64,000 bases of DNA from Bacteroidales bacterium (GTDB lineage: Bacteria > Bacteroidota > Bacteroidia > Bacteroidales > Azobacteroidaceae), in NCBI GenBank assembly GCA_031552335.1, contig JAVBMQ010000052.1:8925-72924 (forward strand). Reading direction: 5' to 3'. A model generated the notes under the pieces. That model had not been told where the DNA came from. It made no database searches and saw only the letters and a list, made by a program, of their open reading frames with translations. The translations under genes were made by a program, and so were the position numbers. Below are positions 35,890 to 45,608 of this stretch, piece by piece; within the stretch, counting starts at the first letter, position 1, and each line of letters starts with the position of its first letter.

Positions 35890-38751
35890 ATGAAAATTAA
35901 AAGCAAAAACATGATTCCTACAGCTGCTTTGGTAGCATTTCTGCTTGCCGGCTGTAGTAACACGCCATGTAAAAAGGTTGAAGATGGCGCTATTATTACA
36001 TTAAATACCGAAAAGGCCCATTCGGCAAAAAAGATTAAACTACAGGTTGTCAATGATGACATCATTCATATATCGGCAACTCCGGACAACCAGTTTTCCG
36101 ACAAAAAAAGCTTAGTGGCAACCTATGGCAAAACACAGACAGCCGGTTGGAATATAGAAGAACAGGATAATAACGTCATTTTAAAAACTGCCACAACGGT
36201 AGTGAGTGTTTCTCTGAATACCGGAGAAATTTCATTTTCAGACATCGACGGAAATCTTTTACTTTCCGAGAATAAAGGTGGCGGAAAATCTTTTTCCGGT
36301 ATCGAAGTAGAAGGGAAAAAGGCATATACGATGACGCAGGTTTTCGAGTCGCCTTCCGATGAAGCGTTTTATGGCTTGGGGCAACATCAGGCCGATGAAT
36401 TTAACTACAAAGGGAGAAATGAAGAATTATTCCAGTATAATACAAAGGTGTCTGTCCCTTTTATTTTATCAACTAAAAACTACGGAATATTGTGGGATAA
36501 TTATTCCTTTAGCAGATTTGGCGACCCACGTCCGTATGCCAACATAGACCAATTCAAACTGTATGACGAAAATGGTAAAGAAGGTGGACTAACAGCAACC
36601 TATATGATTAATAGTGATACAAATAATATATTTGTAAAGAGAAATGAATCACAAATTGACTATGAAAACCTTGAGACAATTAAAAAATTTCCACAGGATT
36701 TCCCGTTCAATAATTCACGAATCACCTGGGAAGGCGAGATAGAGGCTAATGAAACAGGACAATATCATTTCATTCTGTATTATGCAGGATATACCGCTGT
36801 GTCGGTAGACGATAAAGTGATTGTTCCTGAAAGATGGCGTACCGCATGGAATCCGAATAGTTATAAATACACACTGGATATGAAAGCCAATGAACGACAT
36901 AAAATTAAGCTCGATTGGAAGCCGGATGGCGGCGTATCGTATATCGGATTGAAAGCCCTTAGCCCGAGAACTCCTGAAGAACAAAATAAACTTTCATTAT
37001 GGTCTGAAATGGGCGACCAGATAGACTATTACTTCATCCGGGGCAATAATATGGATGATGTAATCAAAGGATACCGCACGGTTACTGGCAAATCGCAGGT
37101 AATGCCCAAATGGGCGATGGGATTCTGGCAAAGCCGTGAACGCTATAAAACACAGGATGAACTATTGACAGCACTCAAAGAATATCGCAAAAGGAATATT
37201 CCTATCGATAATATTGTTCAGGATTGGTCGTATTGGCCGGTAGATGCATGGGGAAGCCATGATTTCGACCCGGCACGTTTTCCAGACCCTAAAGGAATGA
37301 TAGACAGCATACATGCAATGGATGCCCGTATCATGATTTCGGTCTGGCCTAAATTTTATCATACGACAGACAATTATAAAGCATTCGACGAAAAAGGATG
37401 GATGTTTAACCTTGCAGTGAAAGACAGCATCCGCGACTGGATAGACAATGGATATATAGCCGGTTTTTATGATGCTTACAGCGATGGCGCCCGGAAATTA
37501 TTCTGGGGTCAGATAAACAACAAATTGTATTCCAAAGACATTGATGCCTGGTGGATGGATGCTTCCGAACCGGATATATTATCAAACGCCAGCATGCAGT
37601 ACCGCAAAAAGTTAATGACTCCTACAGCATTAGGATCATCGACAGAGTATTTCAATACATACGCTTTAGTCAATGCGATGGCTATTTACGAGGGGCAACG
37701 TTCGGTAAATCCGGATAATCGTGTTTTCCTGCTTACCCGTTCGGGATTTGCCGGATTACAACGTTATTCTACGGCTACCTGGAGCGGCGATATAGGAACA
37801 CGATGGGAAGATATGAAAGCGCAAATATCTGCCGGATTGAATTTTGCCATGTCGGGCATTCCGTACTGGACAATGGATATCGGCGGATTCTGTGTTGAAA
37901 AACGATACGAACAGGCGCAACAAGAATTTAACCGTACAGGAAAAGAAAACGCAGACCTCAAAGAGTGGCGTGAATTGAATACCCGCTGGTTCCAATTCGG
38001 GGCATTCTGTCCTTTGTTCCGCAGCCACGGACAATATCCATACCGCGAAATCTACAATATCGCTCCGGAAAACCATCCTGCATATAACAGTATGGTCTAT
38101 TACACAAAACTTCGTTACCGGATGATGCCATATATATACTCGCTGGCTGGCATGACTTATTTTAATGATTACACCATTATGCGGGCGTTGGTCATGGATT
38201 TCGCTTCCGATCCAAAGACGCATCATATCGGCGACCAGTATATGTTCGGTCCGGCAATGATGGTATGCCCGGTTTATTCTTATAAAACAGCATCGAGAGA
38301 CGTGTACTTTCCGTCTAATACCAATTGGTATAATTATGAAACAGGAGAATACCTGACGGGAGGAAAGATAGTGAACGTATCAGCTCCTTATGAACGAATT
38401 CCTTTGTTTGTAAAAGAAGGTTCTATCGTATTAATGGGAAAAGATATACAATCGACTAAAGAAACACAAAACGATTTGGTGGTGAAAGTATACACCGGTA
38501 AAGATGCAGAATTTACGCTTTATGAAGATGAAGGTGTAAATTACAACTACGAAAAAGGTGCTTATTCCACTATTCAATGCAGCTATGACGAGACTTCAAA
38601 AAAACTTACCTTCGGAGCAATAAGAGGAGAATATCCTGGTATGACTAAAGAAAGAGTATTTAACATAGAATGGATTACAAAAGGGCAGAAAAATATTATT
38701 TCAAAAGTACAATATACAGGTAATGAAGTAACTGTCGTTATGGGTAAATAA
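35890..38751 (+). CDS. GH31 alpha-xylosidase-type enzyme with a PA14 insert (lipoprotein)
   Basis: Lipobox LVAFLLAGCS. PA14-like insert GLTATYMINSD...GQYHFILYYAGYTAVSVDDKVIV...HKIKLDWKPDGG. GH31 motifs: GFWQSRERYKTQDELLTALKEYRKRNIPIDNIVQDWSYW, IDAWWMDASEP and FCPLFRSHG. Confidence 0.85.
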   Translation: MKIKSKNMIPTAALVAFLLAGCSNTPCKKVEDGAIITLNTEKAHSAKKIKLQVVNDDIIHISATPDNQFSDKKSLVATYGKTQTAGWNIEEQDNNVILKTATTVVSVSLNTGEISFSDIDGNLLLSENKGGGKSFSGIEVEGKKAYTMTQVFESPSDEAFYGLGQHQADEFNYKGRNEELFQYNTKVSVPFILSTKNYGILWDNYSFSRFGDPRPYANIDQFKLYDENGKEGGLTATYMINSDTNNIFVKRNESQIDYENLETIKKFPQDFPFNNSRITWEGEIEANETGQYHFILYYAGYTAVSVDDKVIVPERWRTAWNPNSYKYTLDMKANERHKIKLDWKPDGGVSYIGLKALSPRTPEEQNKLSLWSEMGDQIDYYFIRGNNMDDVIKGYRTVTGKSQVMPKWAMGFWQSRERYKTQDELLTALKEYRKRNIPIDNIVQDWSYWPVDAWGSHDFDPARFPDPKGMIDSIHAMDARIMISVWPKFYHTTDNYKAFDEKGWMFNLAVKDSIRDWIDNGYIAGFYDAYSDGARKLFWGQINNKLYSKDIDAWWMDASEPDILSNASMQYRKKLMTPTALGSSTEYFNTYALVNAMAIYEGQRSVNPDNRVFLLTRSGFAGLQRYSTATWSGDIGTRWEDMKAQISAGLNFAMSGIPYWTMDIGGFCVEKRYEQAQQEFNRTGKENADLKEWRELNTRWFQFGAFCPLFRSHGQYPYREIYNIAPENHPAYNSMVYYTKLRYRMMPYIYSLAGMTYFNDYTIMRALVMDFASDPKTHHIGDQYMFGPAMMVCPVYSYKTASRDVYFPSNTNWYNYETGEYLTGGKIVNVSAPYERIPLFVKEGSIVLMGKDIQSTKETQNDLVVKVYTGKDAEFTLYEDEGVNYNYEKGAYSTIQCSYDETSKKLTFGAIRGEYPGMTKERVFNIEWITKGQKNIISKVQYTGNEVTVVMGK

Positions 38752-38766
38752 TAAAGTACCGTTATC

Positions 38767-41277
38767 ATGAAAAAACATTTGTATTTAATCGTTAGTATCG
38801 GCATAATCTTCCTCTCTTGTTCAGTCCGGGAGAAAACACGGAACGTTGTGGATTTCACGGAAGATTGGAAGTTCTATCTGGGCGATGATCCGGCAGCATC
38901 GGTTGCTGATTTTGATGATAAAGATTGGCGAACGCTGAATCTTCCTCACGATTGGAGTATTGAGACGGATTTTAGTGAAAAAAATCCGGCAACACCCGGT
39001 GGAGGCGCGCTTCCCGGGGGAATAGGTTGGTACCGGAAAGAGTTTACCCCCGACAAATCATCCGAAGGTAAAAATACCTATATCGATTTCGATGGAATAT
39101 ATTGGAATAGCAAAGTATGGATAAACGGGCAATTGTTGGGCGAGCGGCCTAACGGATATATTTCGTTTCGTTATGACCTTACGCCATACATGAAATCCGG
39201 CGAAAAGAATGTTATTGCTGTTCGTGTAGATAACTCAGAGCAACCCAACTCCCGCTGGTATTCGGGTTCCGGTATTTACCGCAACGTGTGGCTGACTATT
39301 GCTAATCCTTTACATGTGGCGCACTGGGGTACTTTTGTCACGACTCCTGCCGTAACGAAAGAAAATGCAACAATTAACATTATTACCAATGTAGAAAATA
39401 CATCGGCAGCACAACAGGATGCCAGATTATTATCCATATTGGTTGACGCTTCGGGAAAGGAAGTCGCTAAAACCGATAGCCGGATTGAAATTGCCGCCAA
39501 TGGAAATGTGGAAGCAGAACACACATTGAAAGTTGATAATCCCAGTTTATGGTCTATCGAACAGCCGACTATGTATAAAGTAATAACGCGGATTGAGCAA
39601 AATGGCAAAACGATCGACGAATATGAGACTCCTGTGGGTATCCGGTATTTTTCATTCGACAAGGATAAAGGATTTTTCCTCAACGGGGAATCCGTGAAAA
39701 TAAAGGGAGTCTGTAACCATCATGATTTAGGTTGTTTGGGAGCGGCTGTAAACGTTCGCGCAATAGAACGCCAATTAGAAATACTAAAAGAGATGGGGTG
39801 TAATGGCATCCGCACCTCGCATAACCCGCCGGCGCCTGAATTATTGGATTTATGCGACAAAATGGGATTCATCGTTATGGATGAGGCTTTCGATATGTGG
39901 CGGAAGAAAAAATCGCCATACGATTATTCGCATGATTTCCCGGAATGGCACGAACAGGATTTGAGCGATATGATTCTGCGAGACAGAAACCATCCGTCCA
40001 TATTTATGTGGAGCATTGGAAACGAAGTCCTGGAACAATGGTCTCACATCGATGCCGATACATTGAATTTACAACAAGCCAACATGGTGCTTAATTTTGC
40101 CAACACGCTGAACAAAAAAGATATCGACGCGGAAAAATTGCATGTAAATTCATTGTTAGCCATCAAACTGACAGATATTGTAAAAAAACTCGATTCTACA
40201 CGTCCGGTTACAAGCGGAAATAACGAAACGGAACCTTCAAATCATATTTTCCGTTCGGGCGCTATGGATATCATCGGATTCAATTACCATGAAAACAATT
40301 GGCCCGAAGCTGTATTCCACGAAAAGTTTCCCAATCAGAAGCTGATCATTACCGAATCGACCTCCGCCCTGATGTCACGGGGATATTATGAAATGCCTTC
40401 AGACAGTATCCGGCATCGCCCCACACGTTGGGATATACCATTCGACCTTCCGGTGCATCAAAATTCTGCTTACGACAATGTACATGCACCGTGGGGAAGC
40501 ACTCACGAAAACACTTGGAAAATGGTGAAAAAATACGACCACATTTCCGGTATGTATCTGTGGACAGGCTTCGACTATCTGGGAGAACCAACGCCGTTTT
40601 GGTGGCCGTCCCGCAGTTCCTGTTTCGGTGTAATCGATTTGGCCGGATTCCCTAAAGATGTGTTTTATATGTACCAGAGCGAATGGAGAGATAAAAAACC
40701 AATGTTACACATTTTTCCCCATTGGAATTGGGAAGAAGGACAACCGGTCGATGTATGGGCATATTACAACAATGCCGATGAAGTGGAATTATTCCTCAAC
40801 GGTAAATCATTAGGAAAAAAAACGAAACCAGAAGATGCCTTCCATGTTTTTTGGCGTATTCCATTTGAAAAAGGCATATTAAAAGCCGTTTCATACAAAG
40901 CAGGTAAAGAGGTGTTGATAAAAGAAATCAGGACAACAGGCGCTCCCGTTTCTATCAGGCTTACAGCCGACCGGAAAACAATCAAAGCCGATGGGAAAGA
41001 CCTTTCTTTCGTTACGGTGGAAGTGTTAGATCCGGAAGGGCTGCCTGTACCGACAGCAAATAACCTGATTCAATTTTCAATAGAAGGAAACGGATTAATT
41101 GCCGGTACGGACAACGGAGACCCGACCGATTCAAATTCGTTGAAGAAACCCCGGAGAAACCTGTTTAACGGAAAAGCGCTGGTGGTAGTGCAATCTGCTA
41201 AAAAGTGCGGTTCTGTCAAACTGATAGCAATAGCGGAGAATCTAAAAGAAGGAGTAATTGAAATAAACGTAAACTAA
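38767..41277 (+). CDS. GH2 beta-galactosidase-type glycoside hydrolase
   Basis: GH2 motifs: DWRTLNLPHDWSIE, NHHDLGCLGAA, RTSHNPPAPELLDLCDKMGFIVMDEAFD and MWSIGNEV. Lipobox-like IFLSCS. Confidence 0.85.
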   Translation: MKKHLYLIVSIGIIFLSCSVREKTRNVVDFTEDWKFYLGDDPAASVADFDDKDWRTLNLPHDWSIETDFSEKNPATPGGGALPGGIGWYRKEFTPDKSSEGKNTYIDFDGIYWNSKVWINGQLLGERPNGYISFRYDLTPYMKSGEKNVIAVRVDNSEQPNSRWYSGSGIYRNVWLTIANPLHVAHWGTFVTTPAVTKENATINIITNVENTSAAQQDARLLSILVDASGKEVAKTDSRIEIAANGNVEAEHTLKVDNPSLWSIEQPTMYKVITRIEQNGKTIDEYETPVGIRYFSFDKDKGFFLNGESVKIKGVCNHHDLGCLGAAVNVRAIERQLEILKEMGCNGIRTSHNPPAPELLDLCDKMGFIVMDEAFDMWRKKKSPYDYSHDFPEWHEQDLSDMILRDRNHPSIFMWSIGNEVLEQWSHIDADTLNLQQANMVLNFANTLNKKDIDAEKLHVNSLLAIKLTDIVKKLDSTRPVTSGNNETEPSNHIFRSGAMDIIGFNYHENNWPEAVFHEKFPNQKLIITESTSALMSRGYYEMPSDSIRHRPTRWDIPFDLPVHQNSAYDNVHAPWGSTHENTWKMVKKYDHISGMYLWTGFDYLGEPTPFWWPSRSSCFGVIDLAGFPKDVFYMYQSEWRDKKPMLHIFPHWNWEEGQPVDVWAYYNNADEVELFLNGKSLGKKTKPEDAFHVFWRIPFEKGILKAVSYKAGKEVLIKEIRTTGAPVSIRLTADRKTIKADGKDLSFVTVEVLDPEGLPVPTANNLIQFSIEGNGLIAGTDNGDPTDSNSLKKPRRNLFNGKALVVVQSAKKCGSVKLIAIAENLKEGVIEINVN

Positions 41278-41307
41278 AAAATCTTTTTAATTCTTAATTC
41301 CTTACAT

Positions 41308-41400
41308 ATGAAATCAGTTGGTTTGTTCCCTGTATTATGCTTGCTCGCTGTATCTTTACATGCGCAGTCCAATTTATTTTACTTATCATTAAATAATTAA
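41308..41400 (+). pseudogene. 30-codon ORF consisting of a complete signal peptide and 9 further residues (possible 5' remnant of a lost secreted-protein gene)
   Basis: The ORF from ATG 41308 to TAA 41398-41400 translates to MKSVGLFPVLCLLAVSLHAQSNLFYLSLNN. It is too short for the ORF track. Confidence 0.3.
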
Positions 41401-41411
41401 ATATTAAACTT

Positions 41412-42851
41412 ATGAAAACAAGATTGAATGTAATGATTATGCTGGCCCTCTTCCTTTTTTCATGCTCCGATGATGAAAGAACAATTAATGTCGATATACA
41501 AGAATCTTCCATACAATTCGACAGAAGAGGCGGTTCGGCCACACTCACCATACTTTCGACCGCAGAGGTATCTGTCCGAAGCACTGAAGCATGGTGTAAG
41601 GTTGAAGGTTATACTCCTACGTCAACTTCCCGCCTGTATAAAATAACGGCGGAATCCAATCCGTTGGAGGAAATCCGGTATGCAAAACTTATTGTTACCG
41701 CCAATGGATTTGAAAAACAAATACCTGTAGAGCAATCAACTTCCCTTTATGGTGGTGAGCCGGAACCTTATACAGACAAATATGCCGTACGCGAAAAACT
41801 CTCTACCATGCAACTGGTTGATGAAATGGGCTTAGGTATCAACCTCGGCAACACTTTAGACGCAACCGGCGACTGGATTAACCCAAGCAGCATCTCCAAT
41901 TACGAACAAGCCTGGGGCAGTCCCATCATTACCAAAGAAATGATCGAGGGCTATGCCAAAGCAGGCTATTCTTCCATGCGATTCCCCGTCAGCTGGAGTA
42001 ATATGATGTTAGATAATTATCAAATCCATCCCGATCTGATGGATAGGGTTGAAACGATCTTAAACTGGATATTGGACTGTGGTATGGTGGCTATTATCAA
42101 TGTACACCATGAAAATGAATGGGTAAAGAAAGTACCCACTGACACTGAAGCCAAGAAGAAATTCACCGCTGTATGGACGCAGATATGCCAACGTTTTGAG
42201 AAATATGGCGACCACTTGATGTTCGAACCCATGAATGAAATCGGTTACGATGAGATATGGACTACCTGGAGCGGAAACCAGGCGGATAAAGCCAAAGCAT
42301 TCGGATATGTGAATGAGCTTAACCAACTCTTTGTAGACATCGTCAGAGAAAGCGGTGGCAACAATGCCAAACGCCATCTCCTGGTAGAAATATACAATAC
42401 AGGACTGCAATATGCCTACGATCCGCTTACCAAGATACCGAATGACCCGGCAGACCGCTTGGCATTGACTGTTCATTATTATGAACCTGCCCTATTTGCC
42501 ATCCTGGGTAATGGAGAAGTTGCCGATTGGGGCGTAGGTGTTCCTTCCTGGGGAACTGTTGCGGAAATTAAAACTCTCAACGATAACATGGAAATGCTGA
42601 AAAAGAACTGCGTAGACAAAGGCATACCTGTTATCGTGGGTGAATATTCATGTTCCTCCAAAGACAGGACACAGGAAGTGGTTAGGCTGTATTGCGTTTC
42701 CGTTACCGAAGCAATCTATTCCCGCGGAATGTGCCCGATGCTTTGGGATGTTCCGGTAGTGGGACAATACAACCGGAATACCTGCCAATTTGACGATCCT
42801 CTCTTTTTGGAACAAATGATGGAGATTAAGACCAAATATCCCCGTAAATGA
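41412..42851 (+). CDS. GH5 endo-beta-1,4-glucanase/xyloglucanase-type enzyme with an N-terminal BACON domain (lipoprotein)
   Basis: Lipobox LFLFSCSDDE. BACON-like segment ESSIQFDRRGGSATLTILSTAEVSVRSTEAWCKV...IVTANGFEKQIPVEQS. GH5 motifs: GINLGNTLDA, MFEPMNE (acid/base) and VIVGEYS (nucleophile). Confidence 0.85.
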   Translation: MKTRLNVMIMLALFLFSCSDDERTINVDIQESSIQFDRRGGSATLTILSTAEVSVRSTEAWCKVEGYTPTSTSRLYKITAESNPLEEIRYAKLIVTANGFEKQIPVEQSTSLYGGEPEPYTDKYAVREKLSTMQLVDEMGLGINLGNTLDATGDWINPSSISNYEQAWGSPIITKEMIEGYAKAGYSSMRFPVSWSNMMLDNYQIHPDLMDRVETILNWILDCGMVAIINVHHENEWVKKVPTDTEAKKKFTAVWTQICQRFEKYGDHLMFEPMNEIGYDEIWTTWSGNQADKAKAFGYVNELNQLFVDIVRESGGNNAKRHLLVEIYNTGLQYAYDPLTKIPNDPADRLALTVHYYEPALFAILGNGEVADWGVGVPSWGTVAEIKTLNDNMEMLKKNCVDKGIPVIVGEYSCSSKDRTQEVVRLYCVSVTEAIYSRGMCPMLWDVPVVGQYNRNTCQFDDPLFLEQMMEIKTKYPRK

Positions 42852-42875
42852 TGAAAAAAATATTTTCGTAAGCTT

Positions 42876-42904
42876 GGGCGATGTATTAAGTTACTCCATC
42901 GCCC
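42876..42904 (+). terminator. Weak hairpin downstream of the GH5 gene
   Basis: 8-bp stem GGGCGATG / CATCGCCC with a 13-nt loop, 25 nt after the stop. There is no T-tract. Confidence 0.3.
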
Positions 42905-42944
42905 ACGACGGAGAAACTGTTCTTTATAACTCCCCTGTTTCTCT

Positions 42945-43031
42945 TACGCTTAGTAGCGGAGAAGTATGGGGAGAGAAACCCGAACATAACCGGACTTTTC
43001 CACGGCTACAGATACAATACCGCTACGCGGT
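42945..43031. repeat. Orphan, degenerate REP-like sequence related to the tail of the RAYT right arm
   Basis: CCGAACATAACCGGACTTTTCCACGGCTACAGATACAATACCGCTACGCGGT resembles CCGAACATGACTGCGCTATCGCTCATCCACGGATATAAACATGTAACCGCTACGCGGT at 3459-3516. Shared blocks are CCGAACAT, TCCACGG and ACCGCTACGCGGT. Confidence 0.4.
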
Positions 43032-43156
43032 TAAAATAGCTCAAATCGTCCTCTAATGTAGTTGGAATAAAAGTCAAGATGGGTACCAAAAGAATATCCG
43101 GCAAACGTAAGTATTTTAGCTTTCGTGTTTCATGGTTTCATTTACAGCTTCCGATT

Positions 43157-45358
43157 TTATTTTATGCTCACAACAACGGAACTTTTAACATCTTCCGAAG
43201 AAGCGGCACAATGCAAGGTAAATTTATCCGCTTCCACTACCCACTCATGCGCCTGATCGTCGAAATAAGCCAGTTCCTTTACAGGTATAGCAATTTCTAC
43301 CGTTTGGGTTTCTCCGGCTTTCAGAAATATTTTTTGAAATCCTTTCAACTCTTTTACCGGACGAGGTAATGAGGGTTTATGCTGTGCTGCATATATCTGA
43401 ACTACTTCCAAACCATCTTTCGAACCTTTGTTGGTAAGAGGAACCGATATGTAGATTACATCGTTTTTGTTGTATTCTTTCCGGTCGGTCGATACTTTTC
43501 CATATTCGAATGTTGTATAGGAGAGCCCATATCCGAACGGGAATAATGCAGGGATTTTTTTCGTGTCATGCCAGCGGTAACCAACCAGAATGTCTTCCAT
43601 GTAAACTTCCCGGATACTGTCGCCGGGGTATGACAGTTTGCCGAATGACATGGCTCCGTTGTCTTCCCATCGTTTAGGAATACTGAACGGCAGTCGTCCC
43701 GACGGATTTACCTCGCCCGAAATAACGTTTGCAATAGCTGTTCCCGTTTCAGAACCTAAATACCAGGATTGCATGAGTGCGGGAATTTTGTTTAACCAAG
43801 GCATGGCGACACCGTTTCCGCTGATGAGGATGATCCCCATGTTTTTATTGACTTTCAGCAGTTCTTCAATCAGTTCGTCTTGTCCGAAAGGTAATCCGTA
43901 CGAAAGACGGTCACCCGACTCACAATCCTGATTGAAGTTTTTATTTAATCCGCCGAAAAACAGGACCACATCGGCATCCTTTGCCAAAACCAACGCTTCC
44001 CTTTTCAAAGAATCAGCATTGTAAGGAGATGCCGTAACAGCGCCATAGGACGTTGGGCCCGACCCGTAACCCATCGTATAAAATACGTTATCGGCTCCGT
44101 ATTTTTCTATCAATCCTTCGATGGGAGTGATTTCTTTACTCACTTTTACGTTGGATGAACCTCCGCCGGTACATAATTTACGGGAAGCATTTTCGCCGAT
44201 AACGACAATTTTGCTGTAGCGGCCGGACTGAACCGGAAAAAAGTTATTGTTATTTTTCAACAGTACAATGCCCTGTTCGCCTACCTGACGGGCCACATCG
44301 TAATGTTCTTTGGTTATAAAACTGCCATACGGGCGATTCCTGTCCATATTCGTGCGGAAGTTCAAACGCAGGATGCGCCGTACCTTTTCATCCAAACTCG
44401 AGACAGGAAGCGTGCCGTTTTGTATCTTTTTCAGGTATGGCGTTGCCATGAAATATCTTTCGAAAGCAAACTTCTCCCCTGTCGTAAGTCCATCCGTCCA
44501 GGTTCCCATTTCGATATCCAAGCCATTCAATGCTGCTTCGTCCGTATTGTGAGTGCTTCCCCAATCGGAAATCAAAACACCGTCAAATCCCCATTCGCCT
44601 TTCAGGATATCCATAATAAGCCGTTTATTGTGTGTACAATATTGACCGCGATACTTGTTATAAGAACCCATTACCGCCCAGGCTTTTCCTTCGATTACTC
44701 CGGCTTTGAATCCCGGCAGGTATATCTCATACAATGCCCGGTCTGAAACTTCTACATCAATATGTCCGCGCCATGTTTCCTGATTATTGAGGGCATAATG
44801 CTTGATGCAGGCAGCCACTCCATTTTTTTGTACACCTTTCACATAAGCCGGAACCATTTGCGATACTAAAAACGGGTCTTCGCCCATGTATTCAAAGTTC
44901 CTTCCATTGGCAGGAGTGCGGTATATGTTCAACGCGGGCCCTAATAAAACGTCTTTTCGGCGGTAGCGAGCTTCTTCACCTATAGCTTGTCCGTATTTCA
45001 GCGACAAATCGGGGTTGAAGGTTGCAGCTAAGCAGGTCATTGCAGGGAAAGCCGTCGAAGCGTCATTGGTCCATCCGGCACTGGCCCAGCTGTTCCATTC
45101 AAGTTCTTTGTTTATACCATGAGGGCCGTCAGTCATTAATATTTCTGGAATACCCAGCGAGGGTACTCCGGGAGTCGAAAAGTTGGACTGCGCATGTATC
45201 ATGGCTATTTTTTCTTCCAGCGTCATTCGGGAGAGAGCGTCTTCCACACGAACCTCGATAGGTTTAGACTCATCTAAATACACCGGAATCCGTACAGATT
45301 GTGCCTGAATCGATGAAATACTTAATCCTAACAATACACAAGTTAATGTTTTTTTCAT
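43157..45358 (-). CDS. GH3 beta-glucosidase (secreted)
   Basis: GH3 motifs: DGPHGI, KHYALNNQE and ISDWGS (nucleophile Asp region). C-terminal FnIII-like region VVQIYAAQ...LKGFQKIFLKAGE. Confidence 0.88.
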   Translation of the reverse strand: MKKTLTCVLLGLSISSIQAQSVRIPVYLDESKPIEVRVEDALSRMTLEEKIAMIHAQSNFSTPGVPSLGIPEILMTDGPHGINKELEWNSWASAGWTNDASTAFPAMTCLAATFNPDLSLKYGQAIGEEARYRRKDVLLGPALNIYRTPANGRNFEYMGEDPFLVSQMVPAYVKGVQKNGVAACIKHYALNNQETWRGHIDVEVSDRALYEIYLPGFKAGVIEGKAWAVMGSYNKYRGQYCTHNKRLIMDILKGEWGFDGVLISDWGSTHNTDEAALNGLDIEMGTWTDGLTTGEKFAFERYFMATPYLKKIQNGTLPVSSLDEKVRRILRLNFRTNMDRNRPYGSFITKEHYDVARQVGEQGIVLLKNNNNFFPVQSGRYSKIVVIGENASRKLCTGGGSSNVKVSKEITPIEGLIEKYGADNVFYTMGYGSGPTSYGAVTASPYNADSLKREALVLAKDADVVLFFGGLNKNFNQDCESGDRLSYGLPFGQDELIEELLKVNKNMGIILISGNGVAMPWLNKIPALMQSWYLGSETGTAIANVISGEVNPSGRLPFSIPKRWEDNGAMSFGKLSYPGDSIREVYMEDILVGYRWHDTKKIPALFPFGYGLSYTTFEYGKVSTDRKEYNKNDVIYISVPLTNKGSKDGLEVVQIYAAQHKPSLPRPVKELKGFQKIFLKAGETQTVEIAIPVKELAYFDDQAHEWVVEADKFTLHCAASSEDVKSSVVVSIK

Positions 45359-45399
45359 GTCTTTATTTATAATAGTAATTTATAGACATTGTACTCTTA

Positions 45400-45445
45400 C
45401 AAATATAAGGCTTAATATACCATTTGAAGGTCTTATATGTTTCAG
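45400..45445 (-). promoter_or_regulatory. Candidate promoter module for GH3: box CTGAAACATAT - N27 - TATATTTG
   Basis: On the minus strand, the box (45445->45435) is followed by 27 nt and then TAnnTTTG (45407->45400). ATG 45358 lies 42 nt downstream. Confidence 0.5.
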
Positions 45446-45541
45446 GGGGGCATCTTGTTACACGAAACAGGGAGTAGTATTTGTTTCTTTTATGGGGCGA
45501 ATTTGATAACAAACTTATCCGGTATATTTTATATACCATAT

Positions 45542-45587
45542 CTGAAACATATCAGTATGATTATTATGAATGATAATAGTATGTTTG
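45542..45587 (+). promoter_or_regulatory. Candidate promoter module for the GH5-GH3 pair: box CTGAAACATAT - N27 - TATGTTTG
   Basis: The box at 45542-45552 is the perfect reverse complement of 45435-45445. After 27 nt comes TAnnTTTG at 45580-45587, and ATG 45609 is 22 nt downstream. Confidence 0.5.
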
Positions 45588-45608
45588 TACCTATTAAAAT
45601 CATACCAG

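Noticed and set aside
41294-41584. The 96-aa minus-strand ORF overlapping the start of the BACON-GH5 gene.
   Set aside because: It is antisense to the GH5 signal peptide and BACON region, and it has no features of its own.
35727-45552. The TGAAAC/TGCAAC core of the promoter box, considered as an ECF-sigma -35 element.
   Set aside because: No CGTC/CGTA-like -10 element lies 16-17 nt downstream in any of the four copies. Instead, each copy has a housekeeping-type TAnnTTTG box at a fixed 27-nt distance. SusC also lacks an STN domain, and no ECF/anti-sigma pair is present in the window.
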